Shown one piece after another: positions 62,965 through 64,000 of a DNA stretch of 64,000 nt (position 1 is the stretch's first letter; each line of letters opens with the position of its first letter). The stretch lies in the NCBI GenBank assembly GCA_010015585.1, contig ML975151.1; one strand, given 5' to 3'. Both the position numbers and the translations under genes were made by a program. Below the pieces are notes generated by a model. That model searched no databases. It was given only the letters and a program-made list of their open reading frames with translations, and was not told where the DNA came from. The DNA comes from Eremomyces bilateralis CBS 781.70 (taxonomy: Eukaryota).

Positions 62965-63489
62965 AAATTGAAATCTTGATAACTAACTAGTTGATCAGTT
63001 GATCTTTTATATTTGGTGCACGTGCCCCGGGAAGTGAATAAACTACCCCTGGTGAAAGGGGCCAAGCTCTCCGGTATCTAGGCAATCTTTGGACGCTTTT
63101 ACTAGCGAACTCTTTAGTTAAGGCTTGTACGACTTTGCTCCACACGGATCGGAATCGGTCTAATAAGTTAGCCGGCCTACATGGACGCCTAGTGCCTAGT
63201 GGTTCACATCGGCGCTGTAGAACGCCGATACGGAGGGGATACGGACTGGTGACGATGAAATTTTAGTGGAAGGTGTCTGGTGGTGGGTGGGTCCAAGGGC
63301 ACGGATGCCGAGTTTGAAGGCGGATGGTTATTTGTAAATTGTAATGCTACCTTAATATTTCCCTACCCCTAAATAGTAAAGACATACATAGTATCAACTC
63401 ATGGTTCTATACTCACAGTAGTTGTGATCTAAAGCTTGATCCCTCGTTAGCAGATCCTGGAGGAGAAGGAAAAGGCGCATTCTCCAACC

Positions 63490-64000
63490 ATGGCGGTAAG
63501 TCCACGCCTCAGGATGTCTAACTCAAGAGGTATTGTCGTCTCACAGCCCTCACAGACCCCCATCGAAGAGACCGAATCCCAAATCGGTACCTTCTCCATC
63601 ATCCAGTGGATCCATACCCTCCTCCACCGCTCCAACCCCTCTCCCCCCTCCTTCACCCCCCTCTCCACCACCACCCCCGACCGCCTCTCCCACTCGCAGG
63701 CCGAACAGCCCATCGACCTGGACTCATACGACCCCTCGGCCCAGAAAGACACCGTCCTCTATCTCGCCTACGGCTCCAACCTCTGTGACGCCAAGTTCCA
63801 GGGCGACCGCGCCATCCGCCCCCTCTCCGCCGTCAACGTCCACGTCCCATCTCTTAAACTCGCCTTCGACCTCCCCGGCCTCCCCTACATGGAGCCCTGT
63901 TTCGCCAACTCGAACCTGCGCGACCCGGAGTCCGATGAGAAACACCCCTCAGAGGACAAAACGGACTCGGACAATAGTGATGAGAACGACGGTGCGGGCA
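63490..64000 (+). CDS. GliK-like gamma-glutamyl cyclotransferase family protein (3' end outside the window)
   Basis: ATG GCG, likely intron 63496-63546, then TVLYLAYGSNL..F.G.R.IRPLSAVNV.VP.L.LAFDLPGLPYMEPCFAN. Confidence 0.82.
   Translation, partial: MAVSPRLRMSNSRGIVVSQPSQTPIEETESQIGTFSIIQWIHTLLHRSNPSPPSFTPLSTTTPDRLSHSQAEQPIDLDSYDPSAQKDTVLYLAYGSNLCDAKFQGDRAIRPLSAVNVHVPSLKLAFDLPGLPYMEPCFANSNLRDPESDEKHPSEDKTDSDNSDENDGAG

Noticed and set aside
63490..64000. Gliotoxin/ETP cluster suggested by the GliK-like gene
   Set aside because: No NRPS or other gli homologues in the window; stand-alone GliK-like genes are common.

Overview
Gene-dense, intron-containing genomic DNA of a filamentous ascomycete (Pezizomycotina-type: short GT-AG introns with CTRAC branch points). 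Housekeeping genes rebuilt by hand from splice signals: PHS1, OHCU decarboxylase, DOT1, an SSU1-type TDT transporter, a PPPDE-thioredoxin-PUL protein, DCG1, DCN1, a C2H2/Fungal_trans transcription factor, ERG2, a GliK-like gamma-glutamyl cyclotransferase (cut off by the window end) and an intron-containing tRNA-Leu(CAA). The most notable accessory feature is at 3.4-11 kb. A secreted intradiol dioxygenase and a secreted tyrosinase are transcribed divergently, both carry G-G-F-P / F-P-G repeat segments, a MITE-like element sits in their shared promoter, and a Zn2Cys6 regulator lies next to them. Also present: two pseudogenes (APH-like kinase, F-box), a TIR element with a target-site duplication and a duplicated right TIR, a Tc1/mariner relic, a 3-copy degenerate intergenic repeat, an unusual intracellular collagen-repeat protein, and an 850-N assembly gap. 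All family calls come from motif recognition only; no database searches were run.
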